Source: Vicinamibacterales bacterium
GTDB taxonomy: Bacteria > Acidobacteriota > Vicinamibacteria > Vicinamibacterales > 2-12-FULL-66-21
DNA length: 64,000 nucleotides
NCBI GenBank assembly: GCA_036257535.1
Contig: DATAFJ010000169.1
Location: forward strand, 4,846-68,845
Direction of reading: 5' to 3'
The notes beneath the pieces are model-generated. The model made no database searches, was not told the origin of the DNA, and saw nothing but the letters and a program-made list of their open reading frames with translations. A program made the translations under genes and the position numbers. Below are positions 8,326 through 17,649 of this stretch, one piece after another; the stretch's first letter is position 1, and the number at the start of each line of letters is the position of its first letter.

Positions 8326-10452
8326 TCACGGCTGACGGCGGTCGAGAAACGCTCGCAACGATTCCACAGCCCGTCGGTTGTCGGCAGCTGCCTCTCGAAC
8401 CACGGGCGGCACGGCAGGCTCGTCGGCCGTTTCGGGCCAGTGATTCCGGATCTGCTTCCTCTGCGCAGCGGTGAGATGCCACGACAGCGGCTGGTCGTCG
8501 CTCAAGCGAAACGTGAAGTGCCCGAGGTCGACGTCGTAGTCGCTCTTCCACACCTTTTGAACGAGCGTCAGCTCGACCTGGTTGCGGGCCAGCTGTGAAG
8601 TGGCCCGCATCCGCAACAGCGTCTCGATTGGCGCGCTGACGGTACGGGCAAGCGTGTCGCGCTTCAAGTCCGGGAGCGGTCCCTGGTCGATCATTCCGCT
8701 GGCGCGAATCTCGACGAGCGCAATCTTCGTCGCCGCCCGTCCCCGCCTCCGCAGCCATTCATTCACCACGTCCAGCGCGCTGACGATGCCGGAGTTGTCG
8801 TAGTAGCCGCCATCAACCGCGCGGAACACGCGTCCGGTGAAATCGGGCGCGACGTCCGGACGCGAGTGAGGAGACACGTACGGAAATGTCGCCGACAGGC
8901 GCGCGGCGGTGACGAGCTTCAGATCCCTGCCGGGCAGCATCTCGGCCAGATCGCGGCGCCCGCTGGCCTGTCGGGGTTCGATCGTCACGGGCGACAGGAT
9001 CAACCGCTCTCCGGTTTCCTGCACCGTCGCGTTGAAGAGTGCGATCGGCCGCCAACCGGCGCGGATGCCATCCGTCCACGCGCCCAGCGTTCGATTGCTG
9101 TCGGCAAGGTGCGTTCCCCATCGCTGCTCGAGCGCCCACCCGCGATCCCAGATTCCCAGCAACCGGCCGAGATACGTGCGATGCACGTCGAGGAACGCGA
9201 ATCCCCAGACCGCGGCCGACAGGCTGGACTCTCCACTCGCGGCCACGACCTCCTCCATCATGGGCACCGATCCGTCCGTGAAACCGTCCACGTAGTACAG
9301 CGATCCAACGGCGCCGCCCGAGACGGCGCTGATGAGCGTGACCTGCTCGTGAAAGCCGGGGATCTCCTGCCCGAGCCGCTGGAAGACGTGCGTGGTCCAC
9401 AGCGACGCGGTGATCCCGCCGCCGCTCGCCGCCACGATCACGAGCGTGCCCGCGTCCTTTGCCACGCGCGCCGCGAGCGCGGCTCGTGAATCCAGTCGTG
9501 CGTTGCGCCATTCGCTCACGGGATAGCGATGATCGAACGGGCGCAGGATCGTCCACACCACGAGCGTCGTCACGATGAGCGGGATCGTGGGTATGCGAAG
9601 CCGGTCGCACATGAACGCAACGAACCCGAGCACCCAGACGAGAACCATGAAGAGGGCGATCAGGTAGGCCAGCGCGGGAATCGACCACGTGAACGGATCC
9701 CAGGATTCCACGTTGGCGGTCTGGCTCCACGGCTTTGCCAGAAAGCCTGTGCCGAGGAAGATCGCGATGGCGAACATACCGAACAAGAGCGCGCGCCAGT
9801 GCAGGACTCGGTAGGCGGCCAGGTACTTGGAGTGGTCGAAGCTTCGCGGCGCGTAGAGCGTTCCGTACGGGGTGTAACTGAGTATCCATTCCGGGATGAT
9901 TCGCGGCGGCGGGATCAGGGCGAAGGCGGAACCGAGCAGCCGCGCCGCGACAGCGGCCGCCACGCCGCCAGCCACCGCCTTCACCACGCCCGCGCGCGAC
10001 GCGTCGGCCCCTCCGAAGAGCGTCCACATGAGCGGCAGCACGAGGAGCAGGCTCGCCGTCGCGCGCCCTGGCGTGACGACGCTCGTGTCGAGTTGCGGGT
10101 GCGTGTACGCGCCGGTCTTCCAGTTCTCGTGATCGTCGCCGTCGATGAGGAGGCCGACGCGCAGCGGCGTCGACACCCAGATCACGCGCCTGGTGTATTC
10201 GATGGACCACGCACACAGGCAGGCGTAAAAGATCACGATCGCGATCCCGCGCCAGTCCAGTTGGAAGAGGTTGCCAAGGATCGCCGGCGCTTTCCACGGC
10301 GCAATCAACGGAAATGCCAGGAAGGCCAGGCCGAGAACCAGCGGATACCGGACGAAGAAAAGATATTGAGGAAGGTATTTGAGTCGCGTCCGCGGGTCAG
10401 CGACGATGTCCCTGAAAGACCGGCGTCGCCGTGCCGGTGGCGTCCCGCTCAC
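8326..10452 (-). CDS. Patatin-like phospholipase fused to an N-terminal polytopic membrane domain
   Basis: About 330 aa of multiple hydrophobic helices come first. Then SGGGITAS (oxyanion loop), ISAVSGGAVGS (G-x-S-x-G-like nucleophile elbow) and AVDGGYYDNSG (catalytic Asp motif). Confidence 0.7.
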   Translation of the reverse strand: MSGTPPARRRRSFRDIVADPRTRLKYLPQYLFFVRYPLVLGLAFLAFPLIAPWKAPAILGNLFQLDWRGIAIVIFYACLCAWSIEYTRRVIWVSTPLRVGLLIDGDDHENWKTGAYTHPQLDTSVVTPGRATASLLLVLPLMWTLFGGADASRAGVVKAVAGGVAAAVAARLLGSAFALIPPPRIIPEWILSYTPYGTLYAPRSFDHSKYLAAYRVLHWRALLFGMFAIAIFLGTGFLAKPWSQTANVESWDPFTWSIPALAYLIALFMVLVWVLGFVAFMCDRLRIPTIPLIVTTLVVWTILRPFDHRYPVSEWRNARLDSRAALAARVAKDAGTLVIVAASGGGITASLWTTHVFQRLGQEIPGFHEQVTLISAVSGGAVGSLYYVDGFTDGSVPMMEEVVAASGESSLSAAVWGFAFLDVHRTYLGRLLGIWDRGWALEQRWGTHLADSNRTLGAWTDGIRAGWRPIALFNATVQETGERLILSPVTIEPRQASGRRDLAEMLPGRDLKLVTAARLSATFPYVSPHSRPDVAPDFTGRVFRAVDGGYYDNSGIVSALDVVNEWLRRRGRAATKIALVEIRASGMIDQGPLPDLKRDTLARTVSAPIETLLRMRATSQLARNQVELTLVQKVWKSDYDVDLGHFTFRLSDDQPLSWHLTAAQRKQIRNHWPETADEPAVPPVVREAAADNRRAVESLRAFLDRRQP

Positions 10453-10474
10453 GCGCGCAGTATGGCAGATTCTC

Positions 10475-12394
10475 CTACAGTCCCAGACGGTTCGACAGGA
10501 GACACAGGCTCGTCATCCACATGAGCAGCGCGTCGGCGCGGCCGCGGCCGGCTGCGTCCATCGAGGGCACACTGTCGAGAAGCCTTGTCACCTTCGCGCG
10601 ATCGTAGATGCCCGGGCCGTCGAGCGCGCGGCTGCGCAGCGTGTCCTGGAGGAACGCATACAGCCTGCCATCCTGCTGAATCGTAGCCGGCGGCGACATG
10701 AACGGGTGCTTCTGACGGGTGTAGACCGCGTCGGTCAGCACGTCCTTCGCCGCCTCGCGCAGGACGTACTTCTCGGTCATGCCCCTGATCTTCATCGAGA
10801 CCGGCATGCGCGCCGCCTCTTCGACGACGTGATGGTCGAGGCAGGGGAGCCTGCCCTCGACCGAGTGCGCCATCTCCATGCGATCGCCCAGGTTGCTCAA
10901 GATGTAATTGGGCAGCATCGTCTTGCCCCAGATGTAGAGCGCCTGGTTCACGGGATGGCGACCCGCAAGCTGCCGTTCCACGTCGAGACAACTCAGCATC
11001 ACGCGGAACGTATCGCGATCCGAAAAGGCCTCCCGGAAGCCGTCGTCTGCGACGCGGAGGAGGCCGGCGCCGATCTGAGCCCAGCCCTCAAGATTCGACG
11101 GAACGAACCCGAGAATGTGCTGAACGCTGTCGAGCGCGGTCGATCCCTGCGGCAGGAGCGTGCCGGCCGACACGCGGTTGGCGCCGTCGAGCTCTGCGAG
11201 AAGCTGCGCCTTGACGGCCGGGTCCAGGCCATTGCTCCCATACAGCAGGAGATCGCGGCGGAAATGCGGATAGCCGGCGAAGATCTCATCGCTCCCTTCG
11301 CCGGTCAGCACGACCTTGATCCCGGAGTCGCGGACGGCGCGGCTCAGAAGAAACTTGGCGATGGCGTGCGCGTTCGCAAACGGCCGCTCCGCGTGGTAGA
11401 TCGCGTCGCTGAAGTGGTCGGCCATGTGCTCGGAGCGCACGTCGATGCGGCAGAACTCGGCGCCGGACTTCCTTGCCTGATCGCGGGCGAGGTCTCCCTC
11501 GTCGTAGTCGGCGTGATCGAACGACAGCGTGTAGGCGCGCAGCGGACGCGGCGAAAGCCGCGACGCGACACCGATGACGGCGCACGAGTCGATGCCGCCG
11601 CTCAGGTAGCACGCGACCGGCACGTCGGCGCGCAACCGAAGCCGGACTGCCTCCTCGAACGAGTGCTTCAGCCGCTCGATCCACTCGCGTCCGTCGTCCG
11701 TGGACTCCGTCCGGTCGGCCGTGGGGTAGTCCCAGTCCCAATACGGGATCACGCGAACGTGCTCGCCGTCGGTCAGGAGGTAACTGGCGGGCGGCAGCTG
11801 ATAGATCCCGGCGAAGAGCGATCGGTCGGGCGGATGGGACACGAAGTGGACGTCGAACAGCGTTTCCCGATCCCAGCGGATCGGCACGCCCAGCTCGGCG
11901 AGCGCCTTGACCTCCGAGGCGAGGTAGAACGTCCCGTCGTGGACGGTGTAGTAGAGCGGCTTGATCCCGAACCGATCCCGCGCCGCGAAGAGCTGGCCAT
12001 CCCGCGCGTCCCAGATGGCGAACGCGAACTCGCCTCTCAGCGAGTGAAGGGAGCGCGCGCCGCGATCCTCGAAGAGATGCAGCGCGATCTCGCTGTCCGA
12101 GCGCGTGCGGAACACGTGCCCCTCACGCTCGAGCTCGCAGCGGATCCGCTCGAAATCGTACAGCTCGCCATTCGCGACGATGCGGAGGCGCTCGTCTTCA
12201 TTGGCGATCGGCTGATCGCCGGTCGTGAGATCAATGATGCTCAGCCGAGCGTGGCCCAGCGCCGCGCGGCCGTTCGGAGCGGTCCACACGTGCTGCGAGT
12301 CGGGGCCGCGGTGGCGCAGCCGCCCGGTGGCGCGACGGACCGCCGTCGCATCGATTCCGCCCTGCTTCGAAACGGCTGCAACGATTCCACACAT
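10475..12394 (-). CDS. asnB: Asparagine synthase (glutamine-hydrolysing), long AsnB-type amidotransferase
   Basis: Start chosen at MCGIVAAV (Ntn Cys2 nucleophile). Motifs include LRHRGPD, GELYDF and SGGIDS (PP-loop). Length 639 aa. Confidence 0.9.
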   Translation of the reverse strand: MCGIVAAVSKQGGIDATAVRRATGRLRHRGPDSQHVWTAPNGRAALGHARLSIIDLTTGDQPIANEDERLRIVANGELYDFERIRCELEREGHVFRTRSDSEIALHLFEDRGARSLHSLRGEFAFAIWDARDGQLFAARDRFGIKPLYYTVHDGTFYLASEVKALAELGVPIRWDRETLFDVHFVSHPPDRSLFAGIYQLPPASYLLTDGEHVRVIPYWDWDYPTADRTESTDDGREWIERLKHSFEEAVRLRLRADVPVACYLSGGIDSCAVIGVASRLSPRPLRAYTLSFDHADYDEGDLARDQARKSGAEFCRIDVRSEHMADHFSDAIYHAERPFANAHAIAKFLLSRAVRDSGIKVVLTGEGSDEIFAGYPHFRRDLLLYGSNGLDPAVKAQLLAELDGANRVSAGTLLPQGSTALDSVQHILGFVPSNLEGWAQIGAGLLRVADDGFREAFSDRDTFRVMLSCLDVERQLAGRHPVNQALYIWGKTMLPNYILSNLGDRMEMAHSVEGRLPCLDHHVVEEAARMPVSMKIRGMTEKYVLREAAKDVLTDAVYTRQKHPFMSPPATIQQDGRLYAFLQDTLRSRALDGPGIYDRAKVTRLLDSVPSMDAAGRGRADALLMWMTSLCLLSNRLGL

Positions 12395-12396
12395 GG

Positions 12397-12939
12397 CTAG
12401 AAAGACACCCACACGAGGAAGGGATCGTCGACGCGGACCACCGACTCCTGCCGATGCTGCCTCATGTATTCCCTTCGGATGAAATCGATGTTCCTGCTGC
12501 TCGTCTTATGTCGTTCGACGGGATACAACAGAACGAGAACGAACGACTCCTCCTTGACGATCACGTCGTCCTCTCCCCTGAACTGACCCTGAGCCTTGAT
12601 GACGGTCAGCCCGTCCGGAAACAGGGGCGTCACAGTATCGTCTACAAACCGGGCGAACTCCTGTTCCGACACGGCGCCGTCCGGCCTGGCCGTGCCGAAG
12701 TACAGCTCAGTTCTGGCGAAGGCCAGGGCGCTGCCGCGCTGTCCCTGCGGCGCGCGGCGCCGGACGATCGGCTGATCCGGCCGGCGAACGTCGAGCTGCC
12801 GCACCGCGTAGACCTTCGAAACGGGGACCACCTGGGGGCTGAGATCGGGTCGTGCAGCGCACGCCGTTCCGAGCGTGAGCGCGACCATGACGGCTGCGGA
12901 TCGAACGATCATCAGAAACGGACAGCCTACGTGTTTCAT
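12397..12939 (-). CDS. DUF3574-like lipoprotein
   Basis: Lipobox LTLGTAC, then TELYFGTARPDGAVSEQEFARFVDDTVTPLFPDGLTVIKAQGQF, as I remember for DUF3574. Its stop is 2 nt from the asnB start, so they probably form an operon. Confidence 0.55.
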   Translation of the reverse strand: MKHVGCPFLMIVRSAAVMVALTLGTACAARPDLSPQVVPVSKVYAVRQLDVRRPDQPIVRRRAPQGQRGSALAFARTELYFGTARPDGAVSEQEFARFVDDTVTPLFPDGLTVIKAQGQFRGEDDVIVKEESFVLVLLYPVERHKTSSRNIDFIRREYMRQHRQESVVRVDDPFLVWVSF

Positions 12940-12974
12940 GGCTGTGAGTCGTCAGAGAACGGTTAAAGTTCCGT

Positions 12975-14930
12975 ATGCGAAACGCCGGAATCGTCGGCTG
13001 TTCGGTTCTGCTTCTCGCCGCGGGGGCTGGAGGTCAGCAGCACGGCGACTGGGTGGCCTATGGCCGCGACGCCGGTGGCGAGCGCTATTCGCCGCTCGAC
13101 GCAATCAACCGCGGCAACGTGGCATCGCTCGAGGTGGCCTGGACGTTCCGTACTGGCGATGCGTATGAACCGAAGCGCGGCCGACCGACGGCGTTCGAGG
13201 CCACGCCGCTCCATGTCGACGGCACGCTGTATCTGAGCACGCCGGTCGGGCGCGTGATCGCGCTGGACCCGGTGACCGGCCGGCAGCGCTGGGCCTTCGA
13301 CGGCAAGGCGCCGCGCGATATGGGCTACGGCGACTTCGCGAGCCGAGGCGTGTCCGCGTGGCCTCTCGACTCTTCGTCGACCCCCGCCCGGAGCGGCGCA
13401 CGCCGCATCTTCATCGCCACGATCGACGCGAGGCTCATCGCAATCGACGCGAAAACGGGCCTGCCGGTTCCGACGTTCGGCGAGAACGGCACGGTCGATC
13501 TCCGCAAGGGCCTGCGCATCGCCCCGAAGGGATTTGCAGATTACGAGGTCACGTCGCCGCCCGCCGTCATCGGAGACACCGTCGTCGTTGGATCTGCGGT
13601 GCAGGACAACGCATACACGGCTGAGCCGAGCGGCGAGGTCCGCGGCTTCGATGCGGTGACCGGGAAGCTGAAGTGGAGCTGGGACCCGATTCCGCAGGAT
13701 CCGTCGGCCGTGGGCGCCGACACCTGGAAGAACAACAGCGCAGCAGAAACCGGTGCGGCTAACGCGTGGTCGGTGATCGTCGCCGATCCCGCCAGGAACC
13801 TCGTGTTCGTGCCGACCGGCAGCGCGAGCCCCGACTACTACGGCGGCGAACGGCTCGGCGCGAACCTCTTCTCCAATTCGGTCGTCGCACTCCGCGCCGA
13901 CACGGGCGAGCGCGTCTGGCACTTTCAGACGGTCCATCACGATCTGTGGGACTACGACGTTGCGTCGCCGCCGATTCTGTTCGAGTGGAGCAAGGATGGC
14001 CGGACCGTTCCAGCGGTCGCCGTCGCGTCGAAGACCGGCCACCTGTTCATACTCGACCGCGAGACGGGGAAGCCGCTCATCCCCGTCGAGGAGCGTCCCG
14101 TTCCGAAGAGCGATGTCCCCGGTGAGGAAGCATCGCCAACGCAGCCGTTCCCGGCGGCGCCGCGCGCGCTCGCGCGTACATCGCTCAGGGCGGAAGAGGC
14201 GTGGGGCGCGACCGAAGAGGACCGCGCGTGGTGCCGCGATCGCATCGGCACGCTGCGAACCGGCGGCTTCTTCACGCCGCCGTCGCTTGGGGGCACGCTC
14301 GTCATCCCCGGCAACGTCGGCGGCATGGCGTGGGGTGGCATGGCGCACGACCGCGCGAGTCATCTCTTGATAATGCCGGTGAACAATCTCGCCGCCGAGG
14401 TCCGGCTGATCGCACGCGGTGACGTGGACGCCGAGCGAAACGCAGGGCGGCTCAGCGGCGACTTCGAGTACGCGCCGCAGCAGGGCACGGGGTACGCGCT
14501 CGTGCGGCGCCTGCTCCTCGGTCCAAAGACGACGCTTCCGTGCACGCCGCCGCCGTGGGGCACGCTTGCCGCCGTCAACGCGTCGACCGGCGAAGTCGTC
14601 TGGCAAGTTCCGCTCGGTCAGTTTCCCGGAACGGAAAAACTGCCGGGTGCGGCAGAGTGGGGCTCGATCGCGCTCGGCGGACCGATTGCGACGGCGGGAG
14701 GGCTCGTCTTCACCGCCGGCACTCTCGAGGCGGCAATGTACGCGTTCGACGTGCGGACCGGCAGGCGCCTATGGAAGGGGACGCTGCCGACGAGCGCTCG
14801 CGCGACGCCGATGACGTATCTCGGCGCCGACGGCCGTCAATACGTCGTCATCTCCGCCGGCGGCCACGGCGTGCAGATCGGGCCTCCGCTCGGCGATCAC
14901 GTCGTTGCGTTCGCGTTGCCGAAGAGATAG
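12975..14930 (+). CDS. PQQ-dependent dehydrogenase (quinoprotein glucose/sugar dehydrogenase family)
   Basis: Signal peptide, then GDWVAYGRDAGGERYSPLDAINRGNVASLEVAW and repeated propeller W-motifs. Length 651 aa. Confidence 0.85.
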   Translation: MRNAGIVGCSVLLLAAGAGGQQHGDWVAYGRDAGGERYSPLDAINRGNVASLEVAWTFRTGDAYEPKRGRPTAFEATPLHVDGTLYLSTPVGRVIALDPVTGRQRWAFDGKAPRDMGYGDFASRGVSAWPLDSSSTPARSGARRIFIATIDARLIAIDAKTGLPVPTFGENGTVDLRKGLRIAPKGFADYEVTSPPAVIGDTVVVGSAVQDNAYTAEPSGEVRGFDAVTGKLKWSWDPIPQDPSAVGADTWKNNSAAETGAANAWSVIVADPARNLVFVPTGSASPDYYGGERLGANLFSNSVVALRADTGERVWHFQTVHHDLWDYDVASPPILFEWSKDGRTVPAVAVASKTGHLFILDRETGKPLIPVEERPVPKSDVPGEEASPTQPFPAAPRALARTSLRAEEAWGATEEDRAWCRDRIGTLRTGGFFTPPSLGGTLVIPGNVGGMAWGGMAHDRASHLLIMPVNNLAAEVRLIARGDVDAERNAGRLSGDFEYAPQQGTGYALVRRLLLGPKTTLPCTPPPWGTLAAVNASTGEVVWQVPLGQFPGTEKLPGAAEWGSIALGGPIATAGGLVFTAGTLEAAMYAFDVRTGRRLWKGTLPTSARATPMTYLGADGRQYVVISAGGHGVQIGPPLGDHVVAFALPKR

Positions 14931-14934
14931 CAGC

Positions 14935-15498
14935 ATGGCTATCGAACCCGCATCGGCCGAAGGCAGATCCGAGCTTGTCGCGCGTCGTGCGACGACGCTG
15001 CTGCTGACGGGGCGGCCGGGCGTCGGAAAGACGACGGTCGTGCGGAAGGTTGCCGACAAGCTCCGACGAAAACCGGACGGCTTCTACACGGAGGAAGTGC
15101 GCGAGGGCCGCACGCGACGCGGGTTCCGCGCGGTCACGTTCGCGGGCGACACGCGGATCATCGCCGACATCGATTTCGGGCCGCCGCGCGTCGGTCGGTA
15201 TGGAGTGGACGTCGAGGCGATCGACCAGCTCGCCGCCACGACCCTCCGGCGCCGCGGCGCCATGCTCTTCGCCGTCGACGAGATCGGGAAGATGGAGTGC
15301 ATGTCCCCCCGTTTCGTCGAGGCCATGCAGGAACTTCTCGACGAGGGCCGCATCGTCGTCGCCACCGTCGGCGAGCGAGGCACGGGCTTCATCGCGGCGG
15401 TCAAAAGGCGTCCGGATGCGGAGCTGTGGGAGATCACGCGGGCAGCGCGAGACGATATGCCGTCGCGTGTCCTCGCCTGGCTCGCAGAGCGGATGTAG
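14935..15498 (+). CDS. P-loop NTPase (THEP1/COG1618-like)
   Basis: Walker A LLLTGRPGVGKTT and Walker B-like LFAVDEIGKME. Length 187 aa, with an ATG 5 nt after the PQQ-dehydrogenase stop. Confidence 0.65.
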   Translation: MAIEPASAEGRSELVARRATTLLLTGRPGVGKTTVVRKVADKLRRKPDGFYTEEVREGRTRRGFRAVTFAGDTRIIADIDFGPPRVGRYGVDVEAIDQLAATTLRRRGAMLFAVDEIGKMECMSPRFVEAMQELLDEGRIVVATVGERGTGFIAAVKRRPDAELWEITRAARDDMPSRVLAWLAERM

Positions 15499-15511
15499 CG
15501 ACTGCCGTCCG

Positions 15512-15691
15512 CTATAGAGATGCGCCGGCGACCGACAGCTCCGAACCGGTGACGTTCGAGCGCGCGAGCCGCCTCTCGTACATCCGGATCCAGATCCTGG
15601 CCGATTCGCGGAGCGCCTCGTTCTCCCGCGCGAGGCGCGAGAGCTCAGCCTGCAGGCCGGCCTGCTCCTCCTGTGGGTGCACTGCGTTCAT
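15512..15691 (-). CDS. Small coiled-coil hypothetical protein (59 aa, below the ORF-track cut-off)
   Basis: My own translation is MNAVHPQEEQAGLQAELSRLARENEALRESARIWIRMYERRLARSNVTGSELSVAGASL. A GAGGT sits 7 nt upstream of the ATG, and third-position G/C is high as in neighbouring genes. Confidence 0.35.
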   Translation of the reverse strand: MNAVHPQEEQAGLQAELSRLARENEALRESARIWIRMYERRLARSNVTGSELSVAGASL

Positions 15692-15804
15692 GGGATGACC
15701 TCTACGGTGTTCCCAGTTTCATCACCGCACGTCACAAGGAGACGACGCTGCGGTGACGCCGGCGCAAACCTGCGCGAACCGCCTGGTGTGGAGACGCGGC
15801 GCGG

Positions 15805-16224
15805 TTAGTGCGTTGCCGGGAACGGCAGCGTATCCTGCGCGTCGAACTCGTCGAGGAGGACGATCGGCAGCTCGAACGGCATCCGCGGCGCGTACTTCTC
15901 GCGCGCCTGATCGAGCGAGATGAGGATCTGCTCCGCGAGCCAGCCTGGAGACACGACGCGCGCCAGCGGGCCGAAGCTGAGGATCCAGCTCTGGAGGGCA
16001 TGGCTGGCGGCCACATCGAGCACGACGCGCACGGTGCCGTCGACTTGCGGCTGAAGCTGCTGGCTCGGGTGCCACTCGCGCGCGCGAACGTAGTCGGCGA
16101 TGCTGGCGTCGAACTCGATCGCCACACGAATCGGCACACCGTTTCCCGCGGCGTCAAGCGCCTGAGGAATCTGCCACCGACCGACGTCTGCGCTCGCGGG
16201 CATGTGCCTGATGTATCGGCACAC
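15805..16224 (-). pseudogene. Remnant of a YafY/WYL-family regulator (only the C-terminal WCX-like part)
   Basis: VAIEFDASIADYVRAREWHPSQQLQPQVDGTVRVVLDVAASHALQSWILSFGPLARVVSPGWL matches the WHPSQ/...FGp...V..P C-terminal domain of HTH-WYL-WCX regulators. The HTH and WYL barrel are absent, and the upstream neighbour ends only 24 nt away. Confidence 0.45.
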
Positions 16225-16247
16225 GATTCGCGTTCGTTAGGTCTGCG

Positions 16248-17177
16248 TCACTTCACCCGCGTCGTTACGCTGAAGAGGCGCAGGTTCGAATAGATCGCCA
16301 TGCCCTCGACGTACATGGGCCAGTCGGTCTCGGCGCCCGATTCCGGCAGGGCGTACCACTCCCACATGCGGCTCGGGACGAGGACGTCGAGACGCTCGTG
16401 ACGCTCATAGGTGACGTCGATGGCGCCGCGCATCGTGTACCGCCCGTCGAGATCCAGCCGCGTATTCAGCACGGCCCCGGCGGCATCGATGCACGCGCGT
16501 CCGCTCAGCGGCACGTCGTAGCCGCGCCGCGACTTTACGATCGTCGGCCGGGCCGATTCTTTGAAGGTTACGATGCGGCACGCACCCGCGCCGGAGTCGT
16601 CCATGTCGCCGGCGCGGAACGCCAGCCGCTGGTGATTTCTCGCGTGAAGCAGAAAGAGTCCGGTCGTGGGCAGGTTGATGTCCCGATAGAACCGCCCAAG
16701 GTTCCATTCAGCGCTGGCCTCGTTGATGCGTCGGAGCTGGCGCTGGCTGTCATCGTTCTGATCGAGAAAAAGATCCCGCAGACGCTCGTCCCGGTTTCGT
16801 CGCGAGCCGCCGTTTACCTCGAACGTGTCGCGAAACGCCGTCCAGATCTGGTTCGGCAGCTGGACGAGTAGGACGTCCGACCGCGTCTGGCGCCGTTGCT
16901 TGACGATGACGTCGGGCCGCACCGCCGCGATGTCGTCCGCCCACGCGAGGTGCCCGCGATCCGGTTCCTTCGGCGGTCCCGAGAATCGCTTGATGATCTG
17001 GACGTAGCGCTCTTCGACGACCGCGGTCGATATGGAGCGCTCGAATCGATCGACGTAGTCAGCCGCGCGAGTGAGCAGGACATCGACCGGGATCGACGCC
17101 GGGGACGGAGCGGGCGTCTGCGCCAGGAGCCGGACGGCAGGCGCCGCCACCACGCATGCGAGGAGCCAGCGCTTCAT
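16248..17177 (-). CDS. Secreted hypothetical protein
   Basis: Signal peptide MKRWLLACVVAAPAVRLLAQ. The 309-aa ORF has coding-like composition. I recognise no family. Confidence 0.6.
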   Translation of the reverse strand: MKRWLLACVVAAPAVRLLAQTPAPSPASIPVDVLLTRAADYVDRFERSISTAVVEERYVQIIKRFSGPPKEPDRGHLAWADDIAAVRPDVIVKQRRQTRSDVLLVQLPNQIWTAFRDTFEVNGGSRRNRDERLRDLFLDQNDDSQRQLRRINEASAEWNLGRFYRDINLPTTGLFLLHARNHQRLAFRAGDMDDSGAGACRIVTFKESARPTIVKSRRGYDVPLSGRACIDAAGAVLNTRLDLDGRYTMRGAIDVTYERHERLDVLVPSRMWEWYALPESGAETDWPMYVEGMAIYSNLRLFSVTTRVK

Positions 17178-17201
17178 GTGGTCCTAAGTTACTATGAGGG
17201 G

Positions 17202-17609
17202 ATGCCCCTCGACGAACGATCGATGTTCATGGAAAAGGCCGAGACCCGGCCCGGACGCTATCAGTGTCCAAAGTGCCGGCGAACCAACGAATACAGCATT
17301 CGGTGGGTCAAGCGATCGCGGAAAGACCGCCTTCCGGCCGGCGCAGACGAGGGCGACCGCGCCAGGTTCGCAAAGCTGCGCGACCATCTGCTCCGGCTGG
17401 ACGACGAAGTGACGTGCAAGACGTGCGGCAAGAAGTTCGAGATCCCGTCGCAGCACTCGCTCATGTTCGTTGACCAGTTGTCGGGCCTGCCGAACGACGA
17501 AGAGCTCGAGCGGGAGATCGACGCCGCGGCGGGGGAGCCGGAAGCCCCACGCGATACCAGGCCGGCGCTGCCGCCGCGATTCACGCGAAAACCGAGCGGC
17601 TGGAAATAG
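17202..17609 (+). CDS. Zinc-ribbon hypothetical protein
   Basis: ATG preceded by GAGGGG. There are two CxxC pairs (CPKCRR ... CKTCGK) and an acidic/proline-rich tail. Confidence 0.55.
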   Translation: MPLDERSMFMEKAETRPGRYQCPKCRRTNEYSIRWVKRSRKDRLPAGADEGDRARFAKLRDHLLRLDDEVTCKTCGKKFEIPSQHSLMFVDQLSGLPNDEELEREIDAAAGEPEAPRDTRPALPPRFTRKPSGWK

Positions 17610-17649
17610 GTCAGAAACTTAGCCAGCCCGTTCCCCGTAGACTGTCTCG

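Noticed and set aside
16896-17201. N-terminal extension of the zinc-ribbon ORF (ORF-track start 16896)
   Set aside because: It overlaps the end of the convergently oriented secreted-protein gene in antisense and is Arg/Asp-rich. A good SD plus ATG at 17202 gives a compact protein.
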